Shown here piece by piece: positions 1 through 12,535 of a stretch of DNA of 64,000 nt. Source of the DNA: Macrostomum lignano. Lineage: Eukaryota. Location of the stretch: contig NIVC01002143.1 of assembly GCA_002269645.1 (NCBI GenBank), positions 60,768 through 124,767 on the forward strand, read 5' to 3'. The notes under the pieces are model-generated. The model saw only the letters and a program-made list of their open reading frames with translations. It was not told the DNA's origin and did not search any database. Positions within the stretch are counted from its first letter, which is position 1. Each line of letters begins with the position of its first letter. A program made the position numbers and the translations under genes.

Positions 1-3000
1 CGGTGGCTCTGCAGCCCCATCGCATTCGGGTCTGTAGCAAACGGAAGCTGGTGATTGTAGTTGACAAAAGTGCCGGTGTTGTGGCCGTCTGTCGGCCTGA
101 CGGTCAGCTTGGGTTCAGCGTTGGGCCAAAGTTCAGCTGCCACAAGTTAGTGAACCCGATTTAATAAAGTATACTTTTGCACGATTTCATTTAAAGCTTG
201 AATTCCACTTTAGAAAGCTCGTGCAACACCCAGAGGACGCAGTGAGTACAGGTGACCAGCTCGTATTCTGCTGTCCAGACTCTGCGATCTTGATGGTGTC
301 CATCGCACGTCCTAAGAGTTGGCGTACGACACTCGTGAAGGAGCTGCTCAAGCTCAAAAGGCCTGTGCGTCTAGAGTGGCTGTTGAAGCCGAAGCTGCTA
401 ATCGTTCTTGACGAAGTTGGAAAGTGTCAGTATAAACTGTACGCATTTTCCATCTCCCTGACAAAGACGTCTGCTAATTTAAAAGTAAAGTCCCAGTCCA
501 GTGCTCCAGTGAAGTCCCTGGCCACTCCGTGCGTGCTGTGCAGCAGCAGCGGCACTCTGCTGTCTGTGCTGAGCTCTGAGGGACCGCAGATTGTCTGCAT
601 GGATGACGCCTGCACTTCAGTGCTGAGAACTGTTCGCTTATCGGTCAGGAAACCGGTGACTGACATGTGCTGGAGTGACCAGACACTGCTTGTCTGCTCC
701 GGTGGACAGGTTACTGATTGTGGCAGGTGAGAGAGCCTGAACTGTCACATTTTGATTGCGGAACAACCTGACCTGTGTGCTGCTTTATTTCCATTGCAGA
801 GAATACCAGTATTTTCCAAAGCTGACCAACAGTCAAGCTTCAGAGCTCAGCAAAGCTACTCAGCCTGGAGCCTCAGCTGTTCCACCCCAGACTCTGCTTA
901 CAGTGGGCTCGTCGGTACAAATTCACTCGGCTGCATTCCTGTCGGGCCAGTGCTTTTTTCTTCATCTGCAGTCTCCAGCTGTTCGAGTCTGCGACTCGGA
1001 GTCAAACCAAATTAGCAGCTTGTCAGTAACCAGCTCAGCTTCTGCGTCAGTTGCATCGCAGCAGCCGCGCGCTGTTCGAGTTTGCCGCAGCCGTCGCTTG
1101 GTGTTCATCGTATACCCGAGTGCGGTGCTCGTCTGCCAGCCAGATGGCCAGCTCAGCTTCCAGGTTGGGCCAAAGTTTAGCGACGCGTGAGTTTACTGAG
1201 CTCAATAGTTCATAAGCTGCCGTGTATCGAAGATAATTCGCAATTACAGAGTTTCATACATAATGAAACTGACAAAGTTCCATAATGGAAAAAGAGCCAT
1301 TTTGCAACATCTTTTCGAGGTTTACAAAGTTTCGTTCGGGTTGGGCAGCTCAGTGTCTCTTCCTTCTTACTGTTCCAACCAGCCACAGACGTCAGTCAGG
1401 AGCGGTTAGTATAGAATTTCAATCCGTTGCAGTCTTTGCTTTAGGCTTGACCGCAGAGTTTCATGGTCGGTTGTCATGATTACGCGGTAAAACAGTGGTC
1501 GCCAAACTCCGGCCTGCGGACCACATGGGCCCGCGAAGCTTCTTTATCCGGCCATCCGGTCCTTTCAAACTTCACAATAGCAATCCGGCCCGCTCAAGAT
1601 TGGTGTCTTTTCAGATCTCTCTCTCTGCTTTCTTCCCTCTCTTCTCTCCTCACTCCCATTTTTTCCTCTCTCCCCTCTCCCCTCCCTCCTCTCCTGTCTC
1701 CTCTCTCCCCCTTCTCCCCACTCTCCTTTTCTCCCTCTCCCTCTCCTCTCTTCCCTCTTCTTTCTCTCTCCATTCTTCTCTCTCATCTTCTATTCCCTCT
1801 CCTTTCCACTCTTATCAAACCCGCAGCCATTAGCTGGTTTCTTTATCTGGTCCTTGAGTTAAAATTTTCTAAACCAAGCACTCTTTCTGCACTGCTAACT
1901 GACTGTTTCCAATGCAGCTACAGCCTGGAAGCCCCAGAAGACGCTGTCAGCACCGGTCAGTTGCTCGCCATCTGCAGTCCCGAGTTCGCTCTCTACCTGG
2001 TGTCGCTAACCAAACCGGACGCCTGGCGGACCACCGTGCGGAAAGGCCGCTGCGACCTCGCCTGTCCGGTGCGTCTCGGCTGGATGGCCTCGCGCAAGTG
2101 GCTGGTGGTGGCCGACGAGACCGCGGCTGCGTCCACCGGGCGCAGAGTGCGACCCGGTGCGTACAGAATCCTGGCCTTTACCATCACTGTCATCAAGACA
2201 TCGGCCGCGCTGTCTCCGCAAGGATCTCCAGCGGGTGGAGTTCCGGTTGAGTCGCTGACTAGGCCGAGTCTGCTGTGCGGCCGGGATTGCATCTTGGTGT
2301 CTGTCAGCGGTACCAGCGGATCCAAAGTTCTTCTGCTGTCTGGCAGTCAGTGCGATTCAGTGCAACAGTTTACCGTTGAAGATGCGGGTTCTTCATTGGC
2401 TACTAACTTGTTTTGGTGGCAGCGAGAGCTGGCTTGTTGCCATGGAAACAAGCTACTACTCTGGCCGGAAATTAGCTATGAGAGGTTTGTCATTCTAAAT
2501 GTTTTTTTCAGCTGTTGTATTTTGCTATATCGACCCGGTCGCTTCCATTTTCACTCGGTTGCTTCAATTGTCACTCGGTTGCTTTTATTTTCTCTCTGTT
2601 GCTTAAATCATCACTCGGTTGCTTTACTTTTCACTCGGTTGCTTTAATTGTCACTCGGCTGCTTCAATTTTCACTCGGTTGCTTAAATTGTCACTCGGTC
2701 GCTTCAATTGTCACTCGGTCGCTTCACTTGTCACTCGGTCGCTTCAATTGTCACTCGCTCGCTTCAATTGTCACTCGGTTGCTTCAATTGTCACTCGGTT
2801 GCTTCAATTGTCACTCGGTCGCTTCAATTGTCACTCGGTCACTTCAATTGTCACTCGGTCGCTTCAATTGTCACTCGGTCGCTTCAATTTTTGTTCGGCT
2901 GCTCTTGCTGGCTTATTATTACTGATAAGAACCGAGCCAACCCAGAGCCAAAAGTGTCACTAGAAGCTGTTAATGTCCGCCATGCCAATTCCGCCACAGC

Positions 3001-3964
3001 TGCAGCAGTTGGACCCCATCAGCGGAGACAGCTGCGCCAAAACAGCAGAGTCCAGCTGATGTCACCTCTGACATCCTGGTTTCCTCAGCAGCCCGCCTGT
3101 CTGATCAGCTGTACATTCTGGAGCTGACTTCCAGATCCGTCCTAGTGGCATCAATGGACTGTCAGGACCGCCCGGCCAGCAGGCAGCCGCTGACGCTGAC
3201 CAAATCTGACGGCTCAAAGCTCAGCCCGCAGACAGCGCGAATCCGAGTCTGCGAGGAGCGCGGGCTTCTCATTCTCATTGATGAGCCGAGTCAAATTGTC
3301 TATGTCTGCAGCTCGGAGGGTAGACTGCAGTTTTCTGTTGGTCCTCGATTCAGCACCAAGTAAGGCGAATTTGATATTGTAATCATCTTTGCTCAATTGC
3401 CTGTAAAAATTAATTTCATTGTTCACCTTCCGGATCTGCAGCTTTCTGCTTTCTAAGCCATCAGATGCCATCAGCACTGGCGAGCTGCTGGCGATCTGCT
3501 CACCTGACAGGGGCCTCTACCTGGTGTCCCTGGCGCAGCCCAGTCAGTGGAGAACCACAATAAAAAAAGAGCGCAACAAGCTGCGCCGGCCGATCCGCCT
3601 GGCCTGGAGCGGCTCCCGCCAGCTGCTCATCGTGCTTGACGAAGTCTCCACCGACAGATTCTCCGTGAGCACCTTCCAGATCGTGAAGAGCCCTACTGCT
3701 GCCACGCTGCATCTCCAGGCCGCTCTTCGCGACCCCGTTCGCTCCCTGGCCGTCCCCAGCGTGCTGAGCAGCAGCGGCGGCTTCCTGCTGTCCGCACTCA
3801 CCGAGGAGGGGCCTCGGCTGCTGACCGTGGCCGCCGACTGCTCGGCTGTCAGCACCGTCGCCGACTGCCAGCTGCCTGCGGATGGCGGCGCCGTCACCGA
3901 CATGAGCTGGGCGGGGCGGCAGCTCTTGCTGTGCTGCGGCGGCAAGTTGATTCTTGACACCTGA
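1..3964 (+). CDS. Multi-beta-propeller (NHL-like) protein, paralog 1; 5'-truncated by window; 3 tandem six-bladed propellers
   Basis: Hand-spliced exons <1-145, 214-726, 800-1186, 1918-2484, 3000-3359, 3442-3964(TGA). Every intron is GT..AG, phase 2, and joins in frame. Recurrent motifs PxRIRVC..LVIVVD..VCxPDGxLxFxVGPxFS / PEDAVSTG..CxP / PVRLxW..LxVxDE / SLxxPxxL / VTDMxW resemble NHL blades. Bases 1-137 are nearly identical to ~5782-5918 of paralog 2. Confidence 0.8.
1610..1810. repeat. CT-rich low-complexity tract in intron
   Basis: Near-pure C/T run (ctctcc, ttctc) inside intron 1187-1917. Confidence 0.85.
2510..2890. repeat. 20-bp minisatellite (cttcaattgtcactcggtcg)
   Basis: Direct tandem copies inside intron 2485-2999. 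Confidence 0.95.
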
Positions 3965-4910
3965 AGTTAGTTGAGTTGGCATGCATTTACTTGTAGATTG
4001 GCTAAGTTGCTTACTAGCAGATAGTGCGAGTTACCAGTGAGCGTGTGCATGAGTGCGTGCGGTACTGGCGCGCTTGTATGTGCTTAGTAGTCAGCGGAAC
4101 GGGGCATGATGCCTACAGCTCTTCGATTTTGTATCTTTATTTATTCAAGCGTCTACTACTACTATCAAAAAAGAGATTTAGGCTAGCAATCAGGCTCACT
4201 ATCACCAGGCTCGCAGGTGTTATGCTCTCAGATAAGCCTGAAGCAAGCGGAAGGATCAGGAATAACCGGAACCAGACCAAACTGTCAAACTACTTGTCAA
4301 TCGGAGCCTGATAATTAAAGACTATTATGTAAACTTTAGCTCAAAAGATAGAGTCTCTTCTTATCCTTTTGCTTGTTCTCTCCTATCCTAGGTCCAATTT
4401 TTGTCACTTTTGCCAAATTCAGCTTACTGGTGTCACTGTGAGCAGAATGACGTATTATTTGTGTACATACATGTAGGTTACTCGGGCTCCACTTTATGAG
4501 CTTAAGTTGACAGGCCCTTTACTTCGTTTATTTTCGGTGTTAATCGATGGTGGCCAACCACGTGGCGAATTATTAATCTAAGCTGTGCTGTAATTTAACG
4601 CTTTTGTGTTGCCTCTGCATCGTTATTTGTGACTTTTCTGGCTGTACAGTGCATGCAGTGATTGCGATAGAGTTTTGTTTATGATTACTGCCTATTACTG
4701 TGTTATTTATTCAACACTTATTGCAGAGCAACTATTTGTTCAATACTGTGCCATATTCAATGCTCTATGAAAATAACATAGGCTGCCCTGTCAGCTCGTG
4801 TTGACATTTTATGACCATTGTTTTCTTCATTTTATTTAACTTCAAGGTAGGACTCAGAGCCTAGAAATTCGGTTTCTTATAGTTTCTATGGCAACGAATA
4901 ATATTTCAGC

Positions 4911-7900
4911 ATGGATTCGCCGGCCGTTGACGCCCTGCCGCAGCCCAGCAGCTTCGTTGAGCAGCTTCAACTGGCTGTGCAGAGGCGCCGTACTGCTGTG
5001 GCTGCGGAGATGGCCAGCCGAAGCCGGGCTCGAGACCGCCTGCGGGCCATCGTCGATATGGAGCTGCCAGCCTCTCTAGAGGAGCTGCTGGATGCTGAGG
5101 CTGTCTTGGATGAGGCTCTCAGTGATGAGTCCAGCTGGGCAATCAGCTGCTCTTGGGATGAGGCTGCGGCGGAGTCTGCGGCTATCGAACTGCTCAGAGT
5201 GATGAAGAAATTTCTTGATGCTTCAGGAGCTGAGTCAGCCACTGATTCGTCAAGTCAGGCTGTGTCAGCTACTGGTGCATCAAAACAGGCTGTGTCAGCT
5301 ACTGATTCGTCAAATCAGGCTGTGTCAGCTACTGGTGCATCAAAACAGGCTGTGTCAGCTACTGATTCGTCAAATCAGGCTGTGTCAGCTACTGATTCGT
5401 CAAAACAGGCTGTGTCAGCTACTGATTCGTCAAATCAGGCTGTGTCAGCTACTGGTGCATCAAAACAGGCTGTGTCAGCTACTGATTCGTCAAATCAGGC
5501 TGTGTCAGCTACTGGTGCATCAAAACAGGCTGCGTCAGCTACTGATTCGTCAAATCAGGCTGCGTCAGCTACTGGTGCATCTAAACAGGCTGTGTCAGCT
5601 ACTGATTCGTCAAATCAGGCTGCGTCAGCTACTGGTGCATCAAAACAGGCCGTGTCTGTCGCCAGCCTGTCAGGCCAGCTCCTTGTGCTGGAGCAGCCAT
5701 CAAATGTTATTCGGTTTTGCAATTCTTCTAGCCCAGCAATATTGATCCGTGACCTGACTGTGACGAACCCTGATGGGTCTGCGGTGGCTCTGCAACCCCA
5801 TCGCATTCGGGTCTGTAACAAACGGAAGCTGGTGATTGTAGTTGACAAAAGTGCCGGTGTTGTGGCCGTGTGTCGGCCTGACGGTCGGCTTGAGTTCAGC
5901 GTTGGGCCAAGGTTCAGCAAGAAAAGGTAGCTCAAAACTCTTAAAGTAATCAATGCTTTTTCGAGTTTTCTAATATGTTTGTATTTTGCATTGGAGTCAT
6001 GAAAGCCGTTGATTCACATTTAACAAGGGTTACCAATAGTAAATCCGAATTAAAGGGCCTAAATCTTTATATTTCAGGCTGCTGGAGCTGCCATTAGACG
6101 CAGTGAGCACGGAGAGCCGGCTGATGATCTGCTGCCCGAGCAACGGCATCTTTGCTGTGTACTTTGCCAATATTTCGGTCCGAACGGCCATCCCAAAGAA
6201 GATAATCGAACTGATGCGTCCTGTGCAGTTGGAGTGGCACTCGAAGCTTAAACAGCTAGTAGTTCTCGATGAAGTTGACAGCTGTCAGTACATGGTTAAA
6301 ATGTTTTCAGTTGGAAATGAAGCTGCATCCACTATCGGACTGAATCTCGTGTCCCAATCTAGTGTGCCAGTGAAGTCCCTGGCCACTCCGTGCGTGCTGT
6401 GCAGCAGCAGCGGCACTCTGCTCTCTGTATTGAGCAGTGAGGGACCGCAGATTGTCTGCATGAACGATACATGTACTTCCTTGATCGGTACTGTTAAACT
6501 CTCGGTCATGGAAACAGTTACTGACATGTGTTGGCGTAGCCAGACACTGATACTATGCTCTGCTGATGGAGTTTGTAGCTCAGTTCCTGAGAAATTCTTT
6601 GATGATACTTGTCGCAGGTGAGAGGACCGCTTCAGCTTCACCCCTCATTAAAGTGTAATAGCGCCGAATATTGACGTTCTCTAGTTTTGCTGTTTTTTAA
6701 ATTGCAGAGAACTGCGCTCAGGCTTGGTGAGTGCTGGCAGGGGTGCCCAACAATCAACATCGGTGCAGTCTAAGGAGACTATGCCGACTGCTCAGCCTGT
6801 GACTAAGGTGTCGCCTACTGGTGGAGTCGACTTTTCCACTTTTATCATCGCAGCGTCTGTATCTACATCAAGCTACGTAGTGTCGGCTGCCTGCTTGTCC
6901 AGTCGGATTTTCGCTACCACCCTCGCAGAGTCCCAGATTCGAGCATTCAGCTCCGAGGGAGCAGATTTGGGCCGCCTTGGCGTGTCTCGGCTGTCGCCGC
7001 ATCCCAGCCGCATCCGAGTATGCGACAAGCGCCAGCTGCTTATCATCCTGGATCAAGCTGGCCAAACTGTGACCGTCTGCCAACCAGATGGTCAACTGCG
7101 CTTTCAAGTTGGACCAAAGTTCAGCTGCAGGTTGGTTGGATTATTGCGATGCAATGGTCTCTGTCTTTACTGGCGAGAACATTCACGCAGCAAGCGTCTG
7201 AAATTTGGAATTTACAAGTGTAATAATTAACAAACTCTATAGATTTTAACAGAAATCGTTTTTCCTCTGTCCAGCTACAGCATCGAAAACCTGGAAGACG
7301 CGGTCAGCACTGGCAGTCTGCTGGCCATCTGCTGCTCCGACAAGGGCATTCTGTTTGTGTCGCTCCAGCATCCCAGCGCTTGGAAGACTGTCGTGAATAA
7401 AAGTAAAAAATTGAACAGATTGAGGCATCCGATTAGTCTGGCCTGGAGTAGCAAGTTGCAGAATCTGCTTGTTGTTGATGAGGTTGCCAGGCAACCAGAT
7501 GGCTACAGTCTCTACGCTTTCAAAGTGAATGCATTTAAAATGGCTGCCTCGCTGACTCTGCAGGCTGCTCATCCTGATGAAATTTTGTCACTGAGCAGGC
7601 CTTGCGTTCTGGCCAGCGATGAAGGCATCCTCGTCTCCGTGCTCACCGATGAGGGGCCAAGGATTCTGTGCCTGAGCAGCGACTGCTCAAGCATTGTTCG
7701 AATGGTCAGACTGAGCTTGGCTGGCGCTGTCAGAGACATGTGCTGGCTGCCGGACAGCCAGCTGGGCGTCTGCTGCGATGGCGGCTTGTGCGCGCCCCGC
7801 ACTGCTGGCGGCCTGCACCCTGAGAAGATGTTAGCAGCGACTGGGCCGCATTATTTCGAATATATTTTTCCTATTGTTGATCCAGAGTTACCTTCCCAGT

Positions 7901-10900
7901 TCGCTTTACTCATTCCCAGTTTAAATCTATAGTAGGTCCGCCGCCCTCCCAGATGCTGTGCCAGCCTCCCAGATCCTCAGTTGCTGTGTCACCCTCCCAG
8001 ATCCTCAGTTGCTGTGCCACCCTCCCAGATCCTCAGTTGCTGTGCCAGCCTCCCAGATCCTCAGTTGCTGTGCCAGCCTCCCAGATCCTCAGATCCTCAG
8101 TTGCTGTGCCAGCCTCCCAGATCCTCAGATCCTCAGTTGCTGTGCCAGCCTCCCAGATCCTCAGATCCTCAGTTACTGTGCCAGCCTCCCAGATCCCCAG
8201 ATCCTCAGTTGCTGTGCCAGCCTCCCAGATCCTCAGTTGCTGTGCCACCCTCCCAGATCCTTAGATCCTCAGTTGCTGTGCCACCCTCCCAGATCCTCAG
8301 TTGCTGTGCCACCCTCCCAGATCCTCAGATCCTCAGTTGCTGTGCCACCCTCCCAGATCCTCAGATCCTCAGTTGCTGTGCCAGCCTTCCAGATCCTCAG
8401 TTGCTGGGCCAGCCTCCCAGATCCTCAGTTGCTGTGCCAGCCTCCCAGATCCTCAGTTGCTGTGCCAGCCTCCCAGATTCTCAGTCCCCACTTGCTACAC
8501 ACCGGCACACTAATCTGCTGTTAATAATGCAAGCGGCGCAGGAAACTGAATTGCAGTGAGGACACCGACGCAAGCCACTCCGACAGTCCGTCTGCCGCCA
8601 TCGCTAGTCTGGTGCTGCTGACGCTCGCCACATCGAAACTGGCCGTCTCTGCCGGCGGGCTGGCCGACCGCTGCTTCATCCTGGAGCAGCCATCGGGAGC
8701 CATTCGGGTGTATGACTCCAGGGGCAGCCAGATCGGCCGGCTGACTTTGACAGGCCCCGCCGATGAGGCTATTCGGAATCTGCGACCCCACCGAGTTCGA
8801 ATCTGCAAACAGCGTCGGGTGGTCATTGTGGACAGGGCAAACTGCTCGGTGCTGGTCTGCGAGTCTGACGGCTCTCTGAGCTTCCGCGTTGGGCCGAACT
8901 TTGCCAATGACGGGTCAGACTTTGAGTAGAATATTTTACTGTTTGTTTGCTGCTCTAATCGCTGCGAGGCAAAGCAGGCGGTTTATCTTAGGCGTAGCTT
9001 AATTTGAGAGCTCATCTTGCAATAGTTAAGGGTGTAGTCAGAGCAAACCTTCTCGCCCACCGCCAACTTATTTGTGCGTATATTTCATTCTCGCACCCTA
9101 AATCTCTAGGGTCACAGATTAGGACTATCAATTGACTTCTGAAAGCCCATTGGCCGACATAACAGTGCACAAAATCATAATAACATAATAGCAAACTTGA
9201 GCACAGAGGCTAGAGGTAATTTGGGGTGGGGTGGGTCGCCCAGCCAATCAGAACTGGGTACGCGACAAACTGGGGCAGACGGGATGGGGGAGTGGGAATT
9301 ACGGAGGGTTTAGAGGGCAATGTCCGGCCCATCTGGCCAGAGATTGGTCATTGGTGCGGGTGCACCCGAGCGCAAAACTAACTCCACTTCCACTGTCTGC
9401 CTCTTTACGCTCCTCTGTTCCTTCTCCCTGCCCACTTTATCTCGTTTTTTAATCCTTTGATCAACCACTTTAATTCCTATTTCAGTCAACCAATGACCGC
9501 TCCGGAAGACGCAGTCAGCACGGGCCTGTTACTCGCCATCTGCAGCCCAGAGTTCGGGCTCTACCTGGTGTCGCTATCCGAGCCGGACGCCTGGCGGACC
9601 ACCGTGCGGAAAGGCCGCTGCGGTCTTGTTTGTCCGGTGCGCCTGGGCTGGCTGGCCTCGCGCAAGTGGCTGGTGGTGGCCGACGAGACGCCGAACTCCA
9701 ACCAGTACAGGCTGCTGGAATTCGTCATCAAAATTGGCAACAAGTCTGGCGGCGAGCAGCTGGCACCGCAGGGCTCGCCATTTGCTGTGCAGTCGCTGAG
9801 CAGGCCGAGCCTGCTGTGCGGAGACGACTTTGTCGTGCTAGCCATCGCCGAGTCGGTCGCGTCGCGCCTGCTCCTGCTGACGGGCAGCGGACTCCGGCTT
9901 ATTAGCCAATTCCACGTCAGCGGAGAAGATCCCATTGCCGATCTGTTTTGGTTAAAGCAGCCGCGTCAGCTAGTTGGTTGCCATGGCAACAAGCTGCGTC
10001 TCTGGCCGACGATCTGTTACGACAGTTGCGGCAGCTTTGAGGGGCCCTCGGAGGCGACGCCGCCGTTACCAGACGCGCCCGCCTCCATCGCCTGCCTGTC
10101 AGACCGCTGCTTTATTCTAAACCTGCCGTCCGGAACTGTCCGAGTGTCCGAATTGTTAATTAATGCCGTATCGAACGGGGACAAGCTTGCGCTGACCAAA
10201 CCGACCGGTGCCCAATTTGACGCGAGGCCAACGTGCGTCCGAGTCTGCGCCGAGCGCAACCGCCTCATCCTGGTTGACCAGACGGCTAACATGGTTCACC
10301 TGTGCAGCTCCGAGGGTCGCCTGTTTTTTTCAGTTGGTCCGCAGTTCACTAGCAGGTGAGCGGTAACTGTGATTTAGTTAGCTGTGCTCATTCCACTGAT
10401 TAATGTCAGGAGGCAGACAGGTTGAACTCGTAAGACGAAGCAGTCCAAGGCCCGTATATTTCAAGCAGCTGTGTATTCAAATTAGCGAATAATAATTACT
10501 AGCTATTAGCAAAAGCAAATTAAAACAAAAGGTACAGAGAACACAATCTCTTGTGTACCTTGGATGCGTACGCAGGCGCACACACTCACAGGGTGCACTG
10601 TGCACTCTGGCAAGATTTGTCTCATCGTCCTCAAAGAGGGTGCAGTTGGGAATCTCGGGCAGCGTTCTAGCATGCCTTTGCCCCGCCATGACAACGCAGC
10701 GCATTCGTTCGATGAGGCGTTTTGCCACCATGCAATACCGTCTCCAGAATGGTCCGCGCAGATGTTACTAATTGTAAAAGTGTAAACTTTCCCATAACAC
10801 AAGGCTTCAAAATTTCGCCCTGTTCTGTCAATTGGCAATCAAATCGTCGGTGTAGGCGTTGTTATCGGCGTCGACACCATCCTACGCGTCGTATTGGACT

Positions 10901-12006
10901 GCGAGACGCTGCTTCAATGGAGTTGAGGATCCACTTTCGTTAGTTGAGTACGACAGCTGTGACTGTCCCTGCCGGTGCAGCAAAATACACAAATCAATGT
11001 CAGGCTCATCCTCGTCTTCTGATTTAGTGCTTCGTTTAACATCCTTCGAAAACTGACCCTAGGATGAGGATTGAAAAGCAGCGCCTTATTTAGGGTTGTC
11101 CCCAAACTGATCATAAAACTGATCAAAACGCTATATTGCCTGGGCCAATACTGAATAAGATTTGACACTGCAAAGGTTGTATCAAGGCACACCTGCTTAC
11201 CTACTCTAGAGCCTATCATAGATAATAGAGTTACTTTAAAAACAAACAGTATATAAAACAGTCTATCACGCGATCGGAACTACTGTTTAGTTGATATGGA
11301 TTCTTGTGAAGATTCATGAACTACTACTGCTCAGTAGTCAGTCATTCACTAGTAAATGTGGGCTTTTGAAAAGGCGTGGTAGAATTCCGCTGTTTGCTTG
11401 CCCAGGTCGGCAATCAATTTCAGGTCAAATAATTATTCATATATTGCTTCAGTTTCGCAAGTGGACCCGGCCCTCTGCTTTTTCAGCTTGTCGCTGTCAA
11501 AGCCATCAGACGCCATCAGCACTGGCGAGCTGCTGGCGATCTGCTCGCCTGACAGGGGCCTCTTCCTGGTGTCCCTGGCGCAGCCCAGTCAGTGGAGAAC
11601 CAGCCTCAAGAAGGAGAACCACAATCTGAGCCGGCCGGTCCGCCTGGCCTGGAGCGGCTCCCGCCAGCTGCTCATCGTGCTTGACGAAGTCTTCATCGAC
11701 AGATTCTGCGTGAGCACCTTCGAGATCGTCACCATGCAGAGCGGCGCGTTTCTGTTTCGCCAGGCCACCCTGGGCGACCCCGTTCGCTCCCTGGCCGTCC
11801 CCAGCGTGCTGAGCAGCAGCGGCGGCTTCCTGCTGTCTGCGCTCACCGAGGAGGGGCCTCGGCTGCTGAGCGTGGCCGACGACTGCTCGGCTGTCAGCAC
11901 CGTCGCCGACTGCCAGCTGCCTGCGGATGGCGGCGCCGTCACCGACATGAGCTGGGCGGGGCGGCAGCTCTGGCTGTGCTGCGGTGGCAAGTTGATTGCG
12001 GCCTAA
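4911..12006 (+). CDS. Multi-beta-propeller (NHL-like) protein, paralog 2; coiled-coil leader + Ser/Ala repeat linker + 4 tandem propellers (~1426 aa)
   Basis: Exons 4911-5926, 6078-6617, 6708-7130, 7275-7829, 8557-8913, 9486-10355, 11487-12006(TAA). All six introns are phase 2; internal exons are multiples of 3 (540, 423, 555, 357, 870 nt); total 4281 nt. The terminal exon is paralogous to 3442-3964. Confidence 0.85.
5236..5660 (+). repeat. Coding 30-bp minisatellite ([20 protein letters not shown])
   Basis: About 14 in-frame 10-codon units within exon 4911-5926. Confidence 0.95.
7945..8485. repeat. 28/37-bp minisatellite (ccagatcctcagttgctgtgccagcctc)
   Basis: Tandem copies inside intron 7830-8556. 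Confidence 0.95.
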
Positions 12007-12087
12007 GGCGCGTTCGGTTAGCTAAGCTCTGCTGCTCTAACATCCTTGGTTAACCAATCAATCAGAGCGTCCGTATTTGGTTTGTGA

Positions 12088-12535
12088 CTCAGATACCAGA
12101 GTAACTAGATAAGCCACTTAGCACATTTGCGTGTAAGCTACTTTCAGTTCAGTAGTAAATTTAACAGAAGAATTTTATTGTATTTTTAAAGCCAAGGCTC
12201 ATTTATTGGGTCTTAACAAACCACCCTAGCTGAAAGCACCCAACCGCGTCTTTCCACACTGCCTCCGCCCCGCCCCGCTTCGCCCCGCCCCAAATTTTAT
12301 TGCCTTTCTCAGAATTCCAGCCTAAAGCTGCCATGCACATTTCAGTAGACTGGCTAATGTACATTATTGCTAACCAAGCCTGCACGCTTGGGCTTCTAAA
12401 CTTACTAAGTCATTTCAGCTGCCTTTATTCTTATAAAATAGCTTATGTGTTCTTATTTGCTACTGAACTGAAAGTAGAAAGCTGTTTCCTAAGTATATAC
12501 GCCTGAGTGGCCTATCTAGTTATCTTATTATCTGT
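12088..12535 (-). mobile_element. ~450-bp MITE-like element, copy 1
   Basis: Imperfect ~30-bp TIRs (ctcagataccagagtaactagataagccac / gtggcctatctagttatcttattatctgtg). The internal sequence is the reverse complement of 20228-20682 and 61781-62221. Confidence 0.8.

Noticed and set aside
2930-2999. Upstream extension of the exon (NRANPEPKVSLEA...)
   Set aside because: The phase-2 reading from the 2929 AG hits a stop, whereas the 2999 AG gives YESCSSW, matching the paralog YDSCGSF.
221-12006. A dozen independent small genes, one per ORF
   Set aside because: Each ORF stop lies just beyond a phase-2 donor and each next ORF has a matching acceptor, so they are exons of two genes.
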